DNA of 64,000 bases from Anolis carolinensis (taxonomy: Eukaryota). The notes beneath the pieces were generated by a model. It saw only the letters and a list, made by a program, of their open reading frames with translations, had not been told where the DNA came from and did not search any database. The stretch lies in assembly GCF_035594765.1 (NCBI RefSeq), contig NC_085842.1, forward strand, positions 277,869,749 to 277,933,748, read 5' to 3'. Within the stretch, counting starts at the first letter, position 1. Each line of letters opens with the position of its first letter. Positions 49,966 to 61,240 of the stretch are shown here, piece by piece. Position numbers and translations under genes: made by a program.

Positions 49966-50470
49966 GATTCAAAGTGCAGGTTATTACCTATAAAGCCCTT
50001 TACATTTCAGGTCCAACCTATCTGCGAGACCACATCGCTTTCTATTAACAAGCATGGGCTTTAAAATCAACCGGGGTGACCCTCCTCTTGGTCCCACCTC
50101 TGTCTCAAATGCGGTTGGTGGGGACGAGAAGGAGGGTCTTCTAGGTGGTAGCCCCCCCAGAATGCCCTCCCAAGGGAGATCAGGCTAGTCCCTACCCTCC
50201 AATTAAAGACCCGGCTTTTTTCCGACAAGCCTTCGATCATCTTTAGACTCTCAAATAATACATACAAAGACCTTTATTAGCACTTTACAGTTCTGAGGAC
50301 GAATACTTGTTCTATCTACAGCAATTGCTGTATTTTATTGTTTCTACCAGGGGAGACAGAATTCATGATGTTGTGTTAACTTGTATTTTGTATGTCACAA
50401 CTTGAGTGTTCTGTGAGCCACCCTGAGTCCCTCTGGGAGATGGTGGTGGGATATAAATAATAATTTATTA
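49966..50470 (+). mobile_element. L2 LINE 3' fragment
   Basis: FKVQVITYKAL...GPTYLRDHI...NALPREIR, resembling the L2 ORF2 C-terminus, followed by the GAGCCACCCTGAGTCCC...ATAAATAA tail. Confidence 0.75.
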
Positions 50471-50577
50471 TTATTGTTATTATTATTTCAGAAAGTAGTG
50501 TTCAGTGGGTGCCTGCCCCAAAATGGGGCGGAATTAGGGCATATACTTAAATTAAGCAGCTTTTGTTTAGGGTAAAG

Positions 50578-50779
50578 CAGGCATGGGGCAAATTTGGGCC
50601 TTCCTGGAAGTGTTTTGGACTTCAACTCCCACCATTCCTAACAGCCTCAGGCCCCTTCCTTTTGCCCCTCAGCCGCTTAAGCGGCTGAGGGGCAAAAGGA
50701 AGGGGCCTGAGGCTGTTAGGAATGGTGGGAGTTGAAGTCCAAAATACCTCGAGGGAGGCCCAAATTTGCCCCATGCCTG
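50578..50779. mobile_element. hAT MITE with a 132-bp perfect spacerless palindrome (50613-50744)
   Basis: Arms checked base by base; centre CCGCTTAAGCGG. Confidence 0.85.
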
Positions 50780-50859
50780 CTGTAGACACCCATAGTTATG
50801 CAGTTGCATAAGCGTCCACACTGACCCTATAGCGCGGTTTCAACCTGCATTCTATGGCA

Positions 50860-51590
50860 GCGCGGGGAAACTAGCGCGCGCGCGCACGAGCCTCTCCTGT
50901 GTCTTCCTCTTCTGATGAGCCTCGTGTGCGTTCCTTCATCATGATCTCCTTCCTTCCTTGGCTGCAGGCACAGAGCGGCACGAGCTCACCTCCTGGAAGA
51001 GCCACGCGTCCATCTTCCGCTTCTTCCGCGAAGCCCTGGAAGCCAAGACCAGCGGCGGCGGCGGCGGCGACAGCAACGACAACAACAATGGCGGCGGCAG
51101 CAGCACCAACAGTAACAGCGGCGGGAACGACTCCTTGGGCAAAGCGGATCCGCCTCGACGCTCGCAGCGCATCCGCTACGATGAGCTGTGATGGGAGCCG
51201 AGCTGGGCTTTTCACGCCTGCGCAGTAGCAGCAGCAGCAGCAGCCTCACCGCCCCATCCACACTCCCCTCTCCCCTTCCTCCCTCTCCTCCTCATTAGAT
51301 TGTTTTCTTCCTAGAGCACCGGGTCGCCGCGTATACCTCTGCATTATTTCTAGATGAGTGCAACTGTCAAAGCAATACGGGTTCACTGGCTGCGTGTGCT
51401 TCCTGTGGGCGGCGGCCTCCCCGTCAACGCGCAGATTGAGGCTGACAGCGCCGCCGGACGCGGCCCTAATGGCCCGGACTGGGCAGGGTGACGGCGCCTG
51501 GGTGGACACGCCCCTTGGAGACAGCCACGCCCCTAGCGACGGCGCCCACCCCGCCCGCCGGCCCGCTAAGCCCGGGTCCTAGCGCCCGCC
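50860..51590. promoter_or_regulatory. CpG island over the terminal exon and 3' UTR
   Basis: Dense CpG/GC against an AT-rich background; CACGCCCC x2 and GC boxes near 51505-51560. Confidence 0.75.
50968..51191 (+). CDS. FAM172A: FAM172A (ARB2A) last coding exon, phase 1: (G)[28 protein letters not shown]...[11 protein letters not shown]
   Basis: Acceptor CCTTCCTTCCTTGGCTGCAG|G. Translation matches the human C-terminus as I recall it ([29 protein letters not shown]...RRSHRIKHEEL). Stop TGA 51189-51191, candidate AATAAA at 51699. Confidence 0.9.
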
Positions 51591-51719
51591 AAGATTCTCT
51601 AACCTTCCACTTCCATTTTTTAAAATTTATCAAACTAAGATCTCTTTTTAAACACCCCCCCCCCCCCGGGAGGGATTACTTGTTTTTAACCCAGTCATAA
51701 TAAAAAGGTTCCAGGCATC

Positions 51720-52590
51720 CATATATATGTGTGTGCTGTGTGTATATGTGTATGTGTGTTTGACACATACACATATACCTTAGCATAATTCCGTATACAT
51801 ATACCTTACCTATACCTATAGCTTACCATAATTCCGGCCTTTTACCTATACATATACATATACACATACATACATATATGGCCTGTAACTTTTTTCATTA
51901 TTAGTCAAATCTAAACATATACATACACATATGCATATACATATACTTTACCATAATTCCATATACATATACCTTACCTATACCTATAGCTTACCATAAT
52001 TCCGGCCTTTTACCTATACATATACACATACATATACACATACATACATATATGGCCTGGAACTTTTTTCATTATTAGTCAATTCTAAACATATACATAC
52101 ACATATGCATATACATATACTTTACCATAATTCCATATACATATACCTTACCTATACCTATAGCTTACCATAATTCCGGCCCTTTACCTATACCTAATTC
52201 CATATACATATACATTACCCTACCCAAACCTTTACCTAACATATACCTATATCTTGCCATAATTCCACCCCTTACATATACATACATAAACATACGTACA
52301 TAGACAGATATATGTGGCCTGGAACTTTTATTATTATTGTTGCCAAATCTACACATAAACATACACATATGCATATACCTTAGCTATACCATATCTATAC
52401 ATTAACCTTAATTCTGCCCCTTACCAAGACATATACACATACATACATATACATATATTAATGCCTTAACATAATTCCATATACATATACCTTACCTATA
52501 CCTTAAAATAATTCCACCCCTTACATACATACACACACACATACATACACATACATATATCTGGCCTGGAATTTTTAAATTATGATTGTC
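51720..52590. repeat. Complex (AT/AC)-rich minisatellite, about 170-bp period
   Basis: Unit ATAATTCC(A/G)TATACATATACCTTACCTATACCTATAGCTTACCATAATTCCGGCC recurs at about 51786, 51953 and 52127. Confidence 0.8.
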
Positions 52591-52814
52591 AAATCAAGAT
52601 TTCATTTTAAAAATATTCCTGGGAGGGATTATTTGTTTTTAACAAGTAATAATAAATAATAAATTTCCAGTGCTTTTCCTTTGTAGTCCATCGCCCTGAA
52701 TAAATAGTACTGACTTTAAGGTAGATTTCCAAAGGAACACAGAAATACACTAGACTAGAATGACAATAAAGGTAATTTTGCTTCATTTGTACACCTCACA
52801 CTGAAGAAATAGTT

Positions 52815-53465
52815 ACCGGGTTGCTGTAAGTTTTTCCAGGCTCTGTGGCCATGTTTCAGAAGCATTATCTCATGACATTTTGCCTACGTCTATGGCAGGC
52901 ATCCTCGGAGGTTGTGAGGTCTGTTGAAAACTAGGCAAGTGGGATTTATGTATCTGGAAAATCTTGGGTGAGAGAAAGAACTCTTACCTGTTTGAGGCAA
53001 GTGTGAATGTTTCAGTTGGCCAGCTTGATTAGCATTGAATAGCCTTTCAGCTTCAAGGTCTGACTGCTTACTGCCTGAGGCAGTGGTTCAACATGTGGGT
53101 CTCTAGGTGTTTTGGCCTACAACTCTCAGAAATCCCAGCCAGTTTACCAGCTGTTAGGATTTCTAGGAGTTGTAGGCCAAAACATCTGGGGACCCACAGG
53201 TTAAGAACCACTGGTCTGGGGGAATCCCTTGTTGTGAGGTATTAGCTGGCCCTGATTTAACACTTGCCTCAAACAGACAAGTTCTTTCTCCCACCCTGGA
53301 ATTTCCACAGATATACAAACCTCCCTTGCCTAGTTTCCAATGGACCTCATAACCTCTGAGGATGCCTGCCATAGATGTGGGTGAAATGTTTCTGGAACAC
53401 GGTCATACAGCCTGGAAAACTCAAAGCAACCCAGTGATTCCAGCCATGAAAGTGTTTGACAACAT
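52815..53465. mobile_element. Inverted pair of Penelope pseudo-LTRs with a nested hAT MITE (53081-53213)
   Basis: Left copy on -, right copy on +; MITE CAGTGGTT...AACCACTG with degenerate 8-bp TSD GCCTGAGG/GTCTGGGG. Confidence 0.8.
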
Positions 53466-53604
53466 TTCTTTTTAACAATCTTCCTGAGAGAGATTATTTG
53501 TTTTTAAACCAATACGAATAATAAAGTTCCAGGCCTTATTAAAAAATTTGTTAAATCAAGATCTTTTTTTAACAATCTTCCTGGCAGGGATTTTATTTTT
53601 AACC

Positions 53605-53659
<55 letters not shown>
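53605..53659. repeat. (AAT)n microsatellite
   Basis: About 18 AAT units. Confidence 0.95.
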
Positions 53660-53660
<1 letters not shown>

Positions 53661-56600
53661 AGTTCCAGTGCTTTTTTCAGTCAATCGCCCTGAATAAATA
53701 GTAGTGACATCAAGATAGATTCCCAAAGGAACACAAAAATGCATTAGAATGACAATAAAGGCCATTTTTGCTTCCTTTGTATGCCTCACATTGAAATAAT
53801 AAAATTACCACTTGGGTATATGTAGGATTAGCAGGGAAGGTTTGAACCTTTTAGACTTTGAGCCTCAAAGGTCTAAGAGGGCATCTACACTGTAGAAATA
53901 ATGCACCTTTGACACTACTTTAACTGCCATGCTGTGAAGTTATGGGAGTTGTAGTTTCACAAGGTCTTTAGTCTTCTCTGCTAAAAGTGTTGCTGCCTCA
54001 CCAAACTATGAATCCCAGGATTCCATAGCATTCAGCCATGGCAGTTAAAGTGGTGTCAAACTGCATTAATTTTACAGTGTAAATGCACCCTAAAAGGCAA
54101 AAGAGGAGTGAATTTTACACCCAAATGCCACCCAAGACTGGTAGTGGAGATGTATTAGTGACCAATGTAATATAGAGCAAATGCCTGTGTTTTTTTTAAT
54201 ATAATGTTAATTCTAGTGCTAAGTTGAAGTGTTTATTTTGTATTCAAACAGAATATCTATTTTGTGACAAATCAGATTGCTGATAGCTTTTGTAAAATGC
54301 TGGAGGGCACCGCCCTGCCTCCAGTCCCACTTACCTGAGGGTGCATCTACACTACAGAATTAATGGAATTTGACACCACTTTTAACCGCCATGGCTCAAT
54401 GCAATGGAATCCTGGGATTTGTAGTTTGGCACCAGCACTCTTGTCAAAGAAGACTCAAGACCTTATCCCTTGATTCGATAGCAGTATGCCATGGCAGTTA
54501 AAAGTGGGTCAAACTTCATTAATGCTGTTGTGTAGATGTCCTCCCTGGCGACACTGTGACTTATAGAGCGGACACCCACAAAGAAGCATGCCTCACTCAC
54601 TTGGTTGATCCTTTTTGTCCTAACAAGATGGCTTCCTTGGTTCATTCCTTCCATTTTTAATCCCCATGAAACATTCAACACAGGCCTCACATTCACTATT
54701 TGGCTCCCAGATAAACCATTTCAGCCTGGGCACTACAGGCTCCAGAGTCTCACTGTCCTTCTTTGTGGAGAAAACAAGAGAAACGGATGCCAGCTTACTT
54801 TTAAACAGACCCTGCAGCAACTGGTACGATAAAAGAGTTGGTAACAAGCTTTCCTGAGATGTATCTACCTTGTAGAATGAATGCCAATGGTTCAATGCTA
54901 AGGAATCACGGGAGTTGTAGTATGGTGAAGCACCAGCATCCTTTGGCAGATGAAGCTGAGGATCTTGTAAACTACATATCGCATGATTACATAAGATTGA
55001 GACAATTGAAAGTGGTATCAAACTGCCTTAATTCTACAGTTTAATTGCACCCAACTGAACTTACCCACTTTTCCACACAAGCATTTTGACCAAATTTTAC
55101 CACTGTTCTCCTTTGCTAAGATGGGGGGGCAGAGGGACCAATTTAGACCCAAAAGCAACAGTGGAGTACAACAGGACTGGTTGTTTTGCTCCCACATTTG
55201 GTACCATGGGGTCCGTCTTACATTGTAAAATTAAGGCACTTTGACACCACTTCAATCCTGGGAGTTGTAGTTTGGCTAGGCACCAGCACTCCTTGGCAAG
55301 GAAGAGTAGAGACCTTGTAAAATACAGCTCCCAGGATTCCATAGTATTGAGCTATGGCGGTTCAAGTGGCATCACACCGCATTAATACTACAGCATAGAT
55401 GTACCAAAAGTTTTCATTTGGGGGCAGAAGGGAAGCAAGGAGTGGGCTGGGAATCCCAAGAGCGGTGGTTTCGTGAGGTTTTTAGCCTTCTCTGCTAAAG
55501 AGTGGTGGTGCCTCACAAAACTACAAATCCCAGGATTTCATACCCATGAGCTGTGGCAGCTAAAGTGTTGTCAAACTGCATTCATTCTACAGTATGGAAT
55601 CACCCATGGGCTTCCTGAACGCTTTACCTGTTTCCATCTCAGCCTGTCTCCTCCTCATATCTTCCTTCCTTCCTTCCTTCCCTCCCTCTTTCTCCCTCTC
55701 CCCTGTGTAATGTCATCCTCAGGGTGCCCTGCTCATAGACATTGTGTTTCTGTCCTTATTCACAGATTTCCTTTTCCTACCTATGATACCTTTGGGTCCT
55801 TCCTGACCAAAGGGAAACAAACCTTAGATCACACCCTGTCAGTTGGGAGGAAGCCAATGTGGTTTTGCAAAGTGCCAAATCTTTACTTGTGGTGTTTTGT
55901 TCAATTCCAAGTGTATCCTTTTTTCCCCTTCTATTTCCCAAAGCGGCCCACCGGCCCCTCATCTTGTCTTTGTGTAGTTGCCTGGTTTGTCTCCTTCCCA
56001 CTTACCGAATGAACTAGAAAGCACAGGGAATTTGTTTCAAGATCTGTCTCTTTTCTGTTTACACTGAACCAATAATTAAAAAGATGTTTTCTCTTCTAAG
56101 ACGCAGCTGTGGTTTCTTTGTGTTTCTGGCTGGAGTTGATTTGCTAACCAATCCACTTGCCATCGATATGGAGACCAGTAGGTTCTCCTGAAGACCAGTT
56201 TGCTCTTGAAAAGAGTCTGCAGCAAACCTTAAGGAGCTGCCACTTAGGAAACCACTACCTGAATTGCCCTGAGGAATAATGAAGCCCTGAGGGTGCCTTT
56301 TGTAGATGGGAAGGATTGTTTATCTCAAAGTATATCACTGTCTACACTGTAGAATTAATACAATGTGACACCATTTTTAACTGCCATGACTCAGTGCTAT
56401 GGATTTGTGGAAGTTGTAGCTTTGCAAGGTCTTGGTCCTTCAAAGAGTTTAGGTGCCTCACCAAACTACAAATGCGATTATTCCATAGCATTGCAATGAC
56501 AGCTCAAGTGGTGTCCAATTGTGTTAATTCAACAGTGTAGATGCACCTTTATTCACCTACCTAGAAATCAATAAATCTTTTGAAATAGTTCTTAATTTGT

Positions 56601-58682
56601 CTGCCTCTACCACAAAACCGACCTCATTATAATGTTACCATCAATTCCAGTCTGTTCAAGTTGTTTGAAAATATACTACGATCAAATTAAGCGTGTAAAA
56701 TTGTGCTCTTCTTGGCACAAGCATCTAGCCCAAGGAAGCTTTTCTTCCCTTATTTAGGGATTTCTTTTTCCTACCTATTAGACCTTTGACTCCTTCCTTG
56801 ATCAAAGAACTACCTGCTCAAGTTATTTACAATGAATTCCTTTGTGTAATAGCCAAGGCAGAATGTCAAATAATGTTTGGGATAATGGGGGATAAGGACT
56901 CCTTTGACAGAGTGGAAATCCCTATGACATTTATGGGGTTGCCACCTACGACTTGAAAGCAGACACACCACATTATCTGACCTTGGACTCTTTCCCACAA
57001 ATACTACTACCTAGGACTTCCAGGATGTTAGGGAAAGGGTCTTCTTTTTTGGACGGTCACTCCCAGCATCCCCCAACTTCACCCAATGGTGAAGAAGAAA
57101 TATCACAGGATCCAAGTGCTGTTTTGCTGTTATTAATATTATTATTACTAGTAGTAGTACCAGTAGTAGTATATCCTTCTGTCACAGGAGATGACCAGGT
57201 AGACAGGCCCAAAGTATGTTTTGTACCAGGAGACAATGGAAAAGTCATGTTACTTCTAAATTGTAAATATAAGACTATGCAACAAAAATTTTTTGTTCCT
57301 GGTTGGAAAGCATTATTTCCTGTTTAATTGATAGAACCAATTAGAAAATGACATAACTCGGGAACAAAAATTGTGTCACATTGTGTAATGGGACTTGCTA
57401 GGAGGAAAGGGTCCAGACTGGGTTACTGTGAATTTTGTTTCACCCACATCTGTGGCAGGCATCCTCAGAGGTGGTGAGGTCTGCTGGAAACTAGGCAAGT
57501 GGGGTATATATATCTATGGAATGTCCATGGTGTGTTGTCTATTTGAGGCAAGTGTGACTGGCGCAATTGGCCGCCTTGATTAGCATGGAATGGCCTTGCC
57601 AGGAAAACTCACAGCAACCCAATCATTCCTTTCTGTAGCCAATTCCTTTGCAGTCGGCAAGTACTTTGCAGAATATGAAAATATAAAACATGACAGAATA
57701 ACCCCACTTGAATTCATTATTAGTATTATTATTACTATATTTACATACATTCCACTGTTCTCTCTTGAGTCAGAAGTAGACCCAATCCTCAAAGTGGGTG
57801 GATCCCTTCAAGGGGACCTGAAGGAGGATAGATTCTCAATGTCAGATCATGAGACACACCCTCCTTTCAAGAGGGCGACAACCTTGAGATTCCCTCCATC
57901 TAAAAGGATGGAGATGTTTAGGAAGCAGGCTCTTGTGCGCCTTCCGCTGACCTAGAGTAGAACCTATCATAGGATATTCTGGGGCTGAGAGTGTGTGACT
58001 TCGCCTGTGGGTTTTCATGGCCAAGCAGGATTCGAACCCTGGTCTCCAGAGTCCTTGTCCAACTATCAAATCATTATAACACCCGACTAAAGGCTTTTTT
58101 CTACATGTTTTGGCGAAAATCAAACACAGGGGACACTATCCCTTCCCTGGCCCCCTCCACCCCTCTGGCACTTTCTGGGTCACTGTCCTCTTTCTGGTCC
58201 TGCCTCTGCCCTTTTCAACCTGCTCCTTAATTGGTGAGATCCGCGACACACAGACTCCGAGCCAATTGACCGGCTTTAACCGGATAACATTCATTTCTAG
58301 GGAGGGTGGCGGTGGTTGTCATTCATTTATATCCGACCTCTTTCTCTATACTGGGATTCCATGCGGCGTTAAAACCAGCACAGAATTAAAACATGCACAA
58401 ACATCAGTATATATACATTGTATGTGCACGTTGAGAACCAGCATAAAGTATTGGTTTGAGTGCTAAACTTGGGCTCTCAAATCCCCGCTGGGCCATGAAG
58501 ACTAAGGGCTGACCTTGTGCAAGTCGCAGCCTCAGCCTCAGAAGAAGACAAAGGCCTCTGAAGACATACAACCAAGAAAACTTTGCGATAAGGTCGCCCC
58601 TGGTCAGAAACTGCTGGAAGGTACGCAACAACCACAATCAATATATGAAATTGGTTCAGATTATCTAAAATTAATTAAAAGG

Positions 58683-59040
58683 CTGCTGGCAGTTTTCCGG
58701 GCTGTATGGCCATCTTCCAAAAGCATTCTGTCCTGAAGTTTCACCCACATCTATGGCAGGCATCCTCAGAGGTTGTGAGGTATATTGGAAACTAAGCAAG
58801 GGAAGTTTATACAGTATATTTGTGGGATGTCCAGGGTGAGAGAAAGAACTCTTGTCTGTTGGAGGCAAGTGTCTATGCTGCAATTAATCACCTTAATTAG
58901 CATTGAAAGCTTTCCAGCTTCAAGGTCTGGATGATTCCTGCCTGGGGGAATCCTTTGTTGGGAGGTGTTAACTGGCCCTGAATGTTTCAAGTCTGGAATT
59001 CCCCTGTTTGCTGAGTATTGTTCTTTATTTACTGTCCCAG
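58683..59040 (-). mobile_element. Penelope pseudo-LTR (hammerhead motif 58732-58772 with UUC triplet); further fragments at about 57432-57625 and 62030-62400
   Basis: Similar to 27402-27790. Confidence 0.8.
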
Positions 59041-59910
59041 TTCTTAGATATGGTTCTCATGATTTCCTATGTGTGAGTCAATGGCAACAGGTAGATGGCA
59101 TATATTCTGTATCTCAAAAACTAGAGCCGAAAGGGAAATCTAACTGATGTCATTTTTGCAATCAGCAGGTCAAAATATACTCAGAAACAAGTCTTAATAC
59201 TCGAGGAACCAAAATGTGTGTTGACCACTACTCTAGCCATCGATTGTCCTTAGGCCACAAAACATATGTCTGTTTTGATTTTTGAAAAAGGAAAATAAGA
59301 GTCCTCCCCCACCTCCCCTCCTTTTTCTGATTGTCATGTTAGTTGCCATTTTGCTTGAGGAAAAATTATAAATAGAAAGTCTGCATCACCTTTGAAGAAT
59401 ATTTATGGGTTTTTTTTTCTCCTTGGCTCCCCTTCTCACCTGTGGAGTAATTTATAGATAACACATATTCGCAGTTCAAAATAAGAATATAATAATACTG
59501 TAAGTAGGCAAAACTGAAGCGTTTCTGCCCCAGTTGCTTTTCGCTCCTCTCCAGCCAGCTCAGACTCCCAGTTGAAGTCCCCAAACCCATTTCCCTTCTT
59601 CGAGTCCTGCTTTTATTGAACGAGACAGAATCCTAAAGATGGGAGAAGCTTTGGAGTTTAGGCAGAGTTCCTTCGCAGGCAGAGCTCCCTTTCAGTGGAA
59701 AAAGGGGAAGGGATTCAGGCCGGATTGCTGGCTCAAGACCCAGCTGCCGGAAACTTTGCAAACAATGATCCAAAATGGTCAGTTCAAGCACCAGCCAAGC
59801 CTCCAAAATGGGCTTTAAAGGGATCACTGATACGCCTGTGCTCTCTCTCGGGAAGTGGAAGATGCAAAAAACAAAAGTCTGGCCGTTGTATCTTCTTGTC
59901 TAGGGGAATA

Positions 59911-60270
59911 AAGGCAGGCCCCAAGTTAGGAACAAGATAGAGTCTATAGGTTTGGTCTTAAGTTGAATTTCAACGTAAGTCGGAACAGGTACATCTTGTA
60001 AGTGTAGCTCCATATATATGTGTGTATGTATGTGTAATATATATATATGGAGCTACACTTACAAAATGTACCTCTCTCTGTGTGTGTATATATACATACA
60101 TACATACATATGATACACAGGTACATTTTGTAACTCTATATGTACATATGTATATGTGTGTGTGTGTATGTGTGTGTGTATGGAGCTACACTTACAACAT
60201 GTACATATATACATACATACATACATACATACAGGTACATTTTGTAAGTGTAGCTCCATATATGTATGTA

Positions 60271-60322
<52 letters not shown>

Positions 60323-60425
60323 GGTACATTCTGTAAGTGTATCTCTCTCTTCTCTTTTTCTATATATATGTATATATATAGAAAAAGAGAAGAGAGAGAT
60401 ACACTTACAGAATGTACCTGTGCGC

Positions 60426-60456
<31 letters not shown>

Positions 60457-60906
60457 TATACTGTAGAGTCTCACTTATCCAACATAAACGGGCCAGCAGA
60501 ATGTTGGATAAGCGAATATGTTGGATAATAAGGAGGAATTAAGGAAAAGCCTATTAAACATCAAATTAGGTTATGATTTTACAAATTAAGCACCCAAACA
60601 TTATGTTATACAACAAATTTGACAGAAAAAGTAGTTCAATATGCAGTAATGCTATGTAGTAATTACTGTATTTACAAATTTAGCACCAAAATATCACGAT
60701 GTATTGAAAACATTGACTACAAAAATGCGTTGGATAATCCAGAACGTTGGATGAGTGAATGTTGGATAAGTGAGACTCTACTATATATATATACATACAC
60801 ACACACACATATATATACAGGTACATTTTGTAAGTGTAGCTCTATATAGATATATGGAGCTACACTTACAAAAAGTACCTGCTCCAACTTACGTAGAAAT
60901 TCAATT

Positions 60907-60961
<55 letters not shown>

Positions 60962-61240
60962 TTTTATATTCACACACACATACACACAATATATATTTAT
61001 CATAGGGAAGGGTTAACACCCCTGGCGTACTTGTTTTGCTGTCTGTGAGCCTGCTCAGAAGATTTCACCTCACTGTCTGTCCCTGTGATCTTTGGATTTT
61101 GAAAACACTGGCTTGACATGGAAATAAGAATTGGTGATAAAGCTTCAGTGGAGACACTCCCCCCCCCCCGCCCCCCCAGAACTCTAAAGTGAATTTCCCT
61201 TCTAAAGGCAGATTTCTCTCGCTTCCCGTTGTCTCAGCCC
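59911..61240. mobile_element. Probable Tigger-like non-autonomous element with an internal fold-back and (TA)n array
   Basis: Terminal-like AGGCAGGCCCCAAGTTAGGAAC; motif CAGGTACATTTTGTAAGTGTAGCTC repeated in both orientations. Confidence 0.45.
60461..60783. mobile_element. Tc1/mariner MITE (family of 878-1200, opposite orientation) inserted in (TA)n
   Basis: GTAGAGTCTCACTTATCCAAC...GTTGGATAAGTGAGACTCTAC. Confidence 0.85.

Noticed and set aside
50939-51261. Apparent minus-strand first exon (Kozak [15 protein letters not shown], donor GAG|GTGAGC; signal-peptide-like upstream ORFs)
   Set aside because: It is the antisense of the FAM172A exon and its trinucleotide repeats. No recognisable protein and no consistent downstream exons.
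51720-52590. CRISPR-like regularly spaced repeats
   Set aside because: Eukaryotic minisatellite; the spacers are themselves repetitive and there are no cas genes.
59040-59230. Possible end of another DNA transposon (Chapaev-like)
   Set aside because: Only one end visible, no TSD or partner TIR; cannot be classified with confidence.
59944-61048. Y/I/H/T-rich ORFs
   Set aside because: Translations of (TA)n/(CA)n microsatellites.
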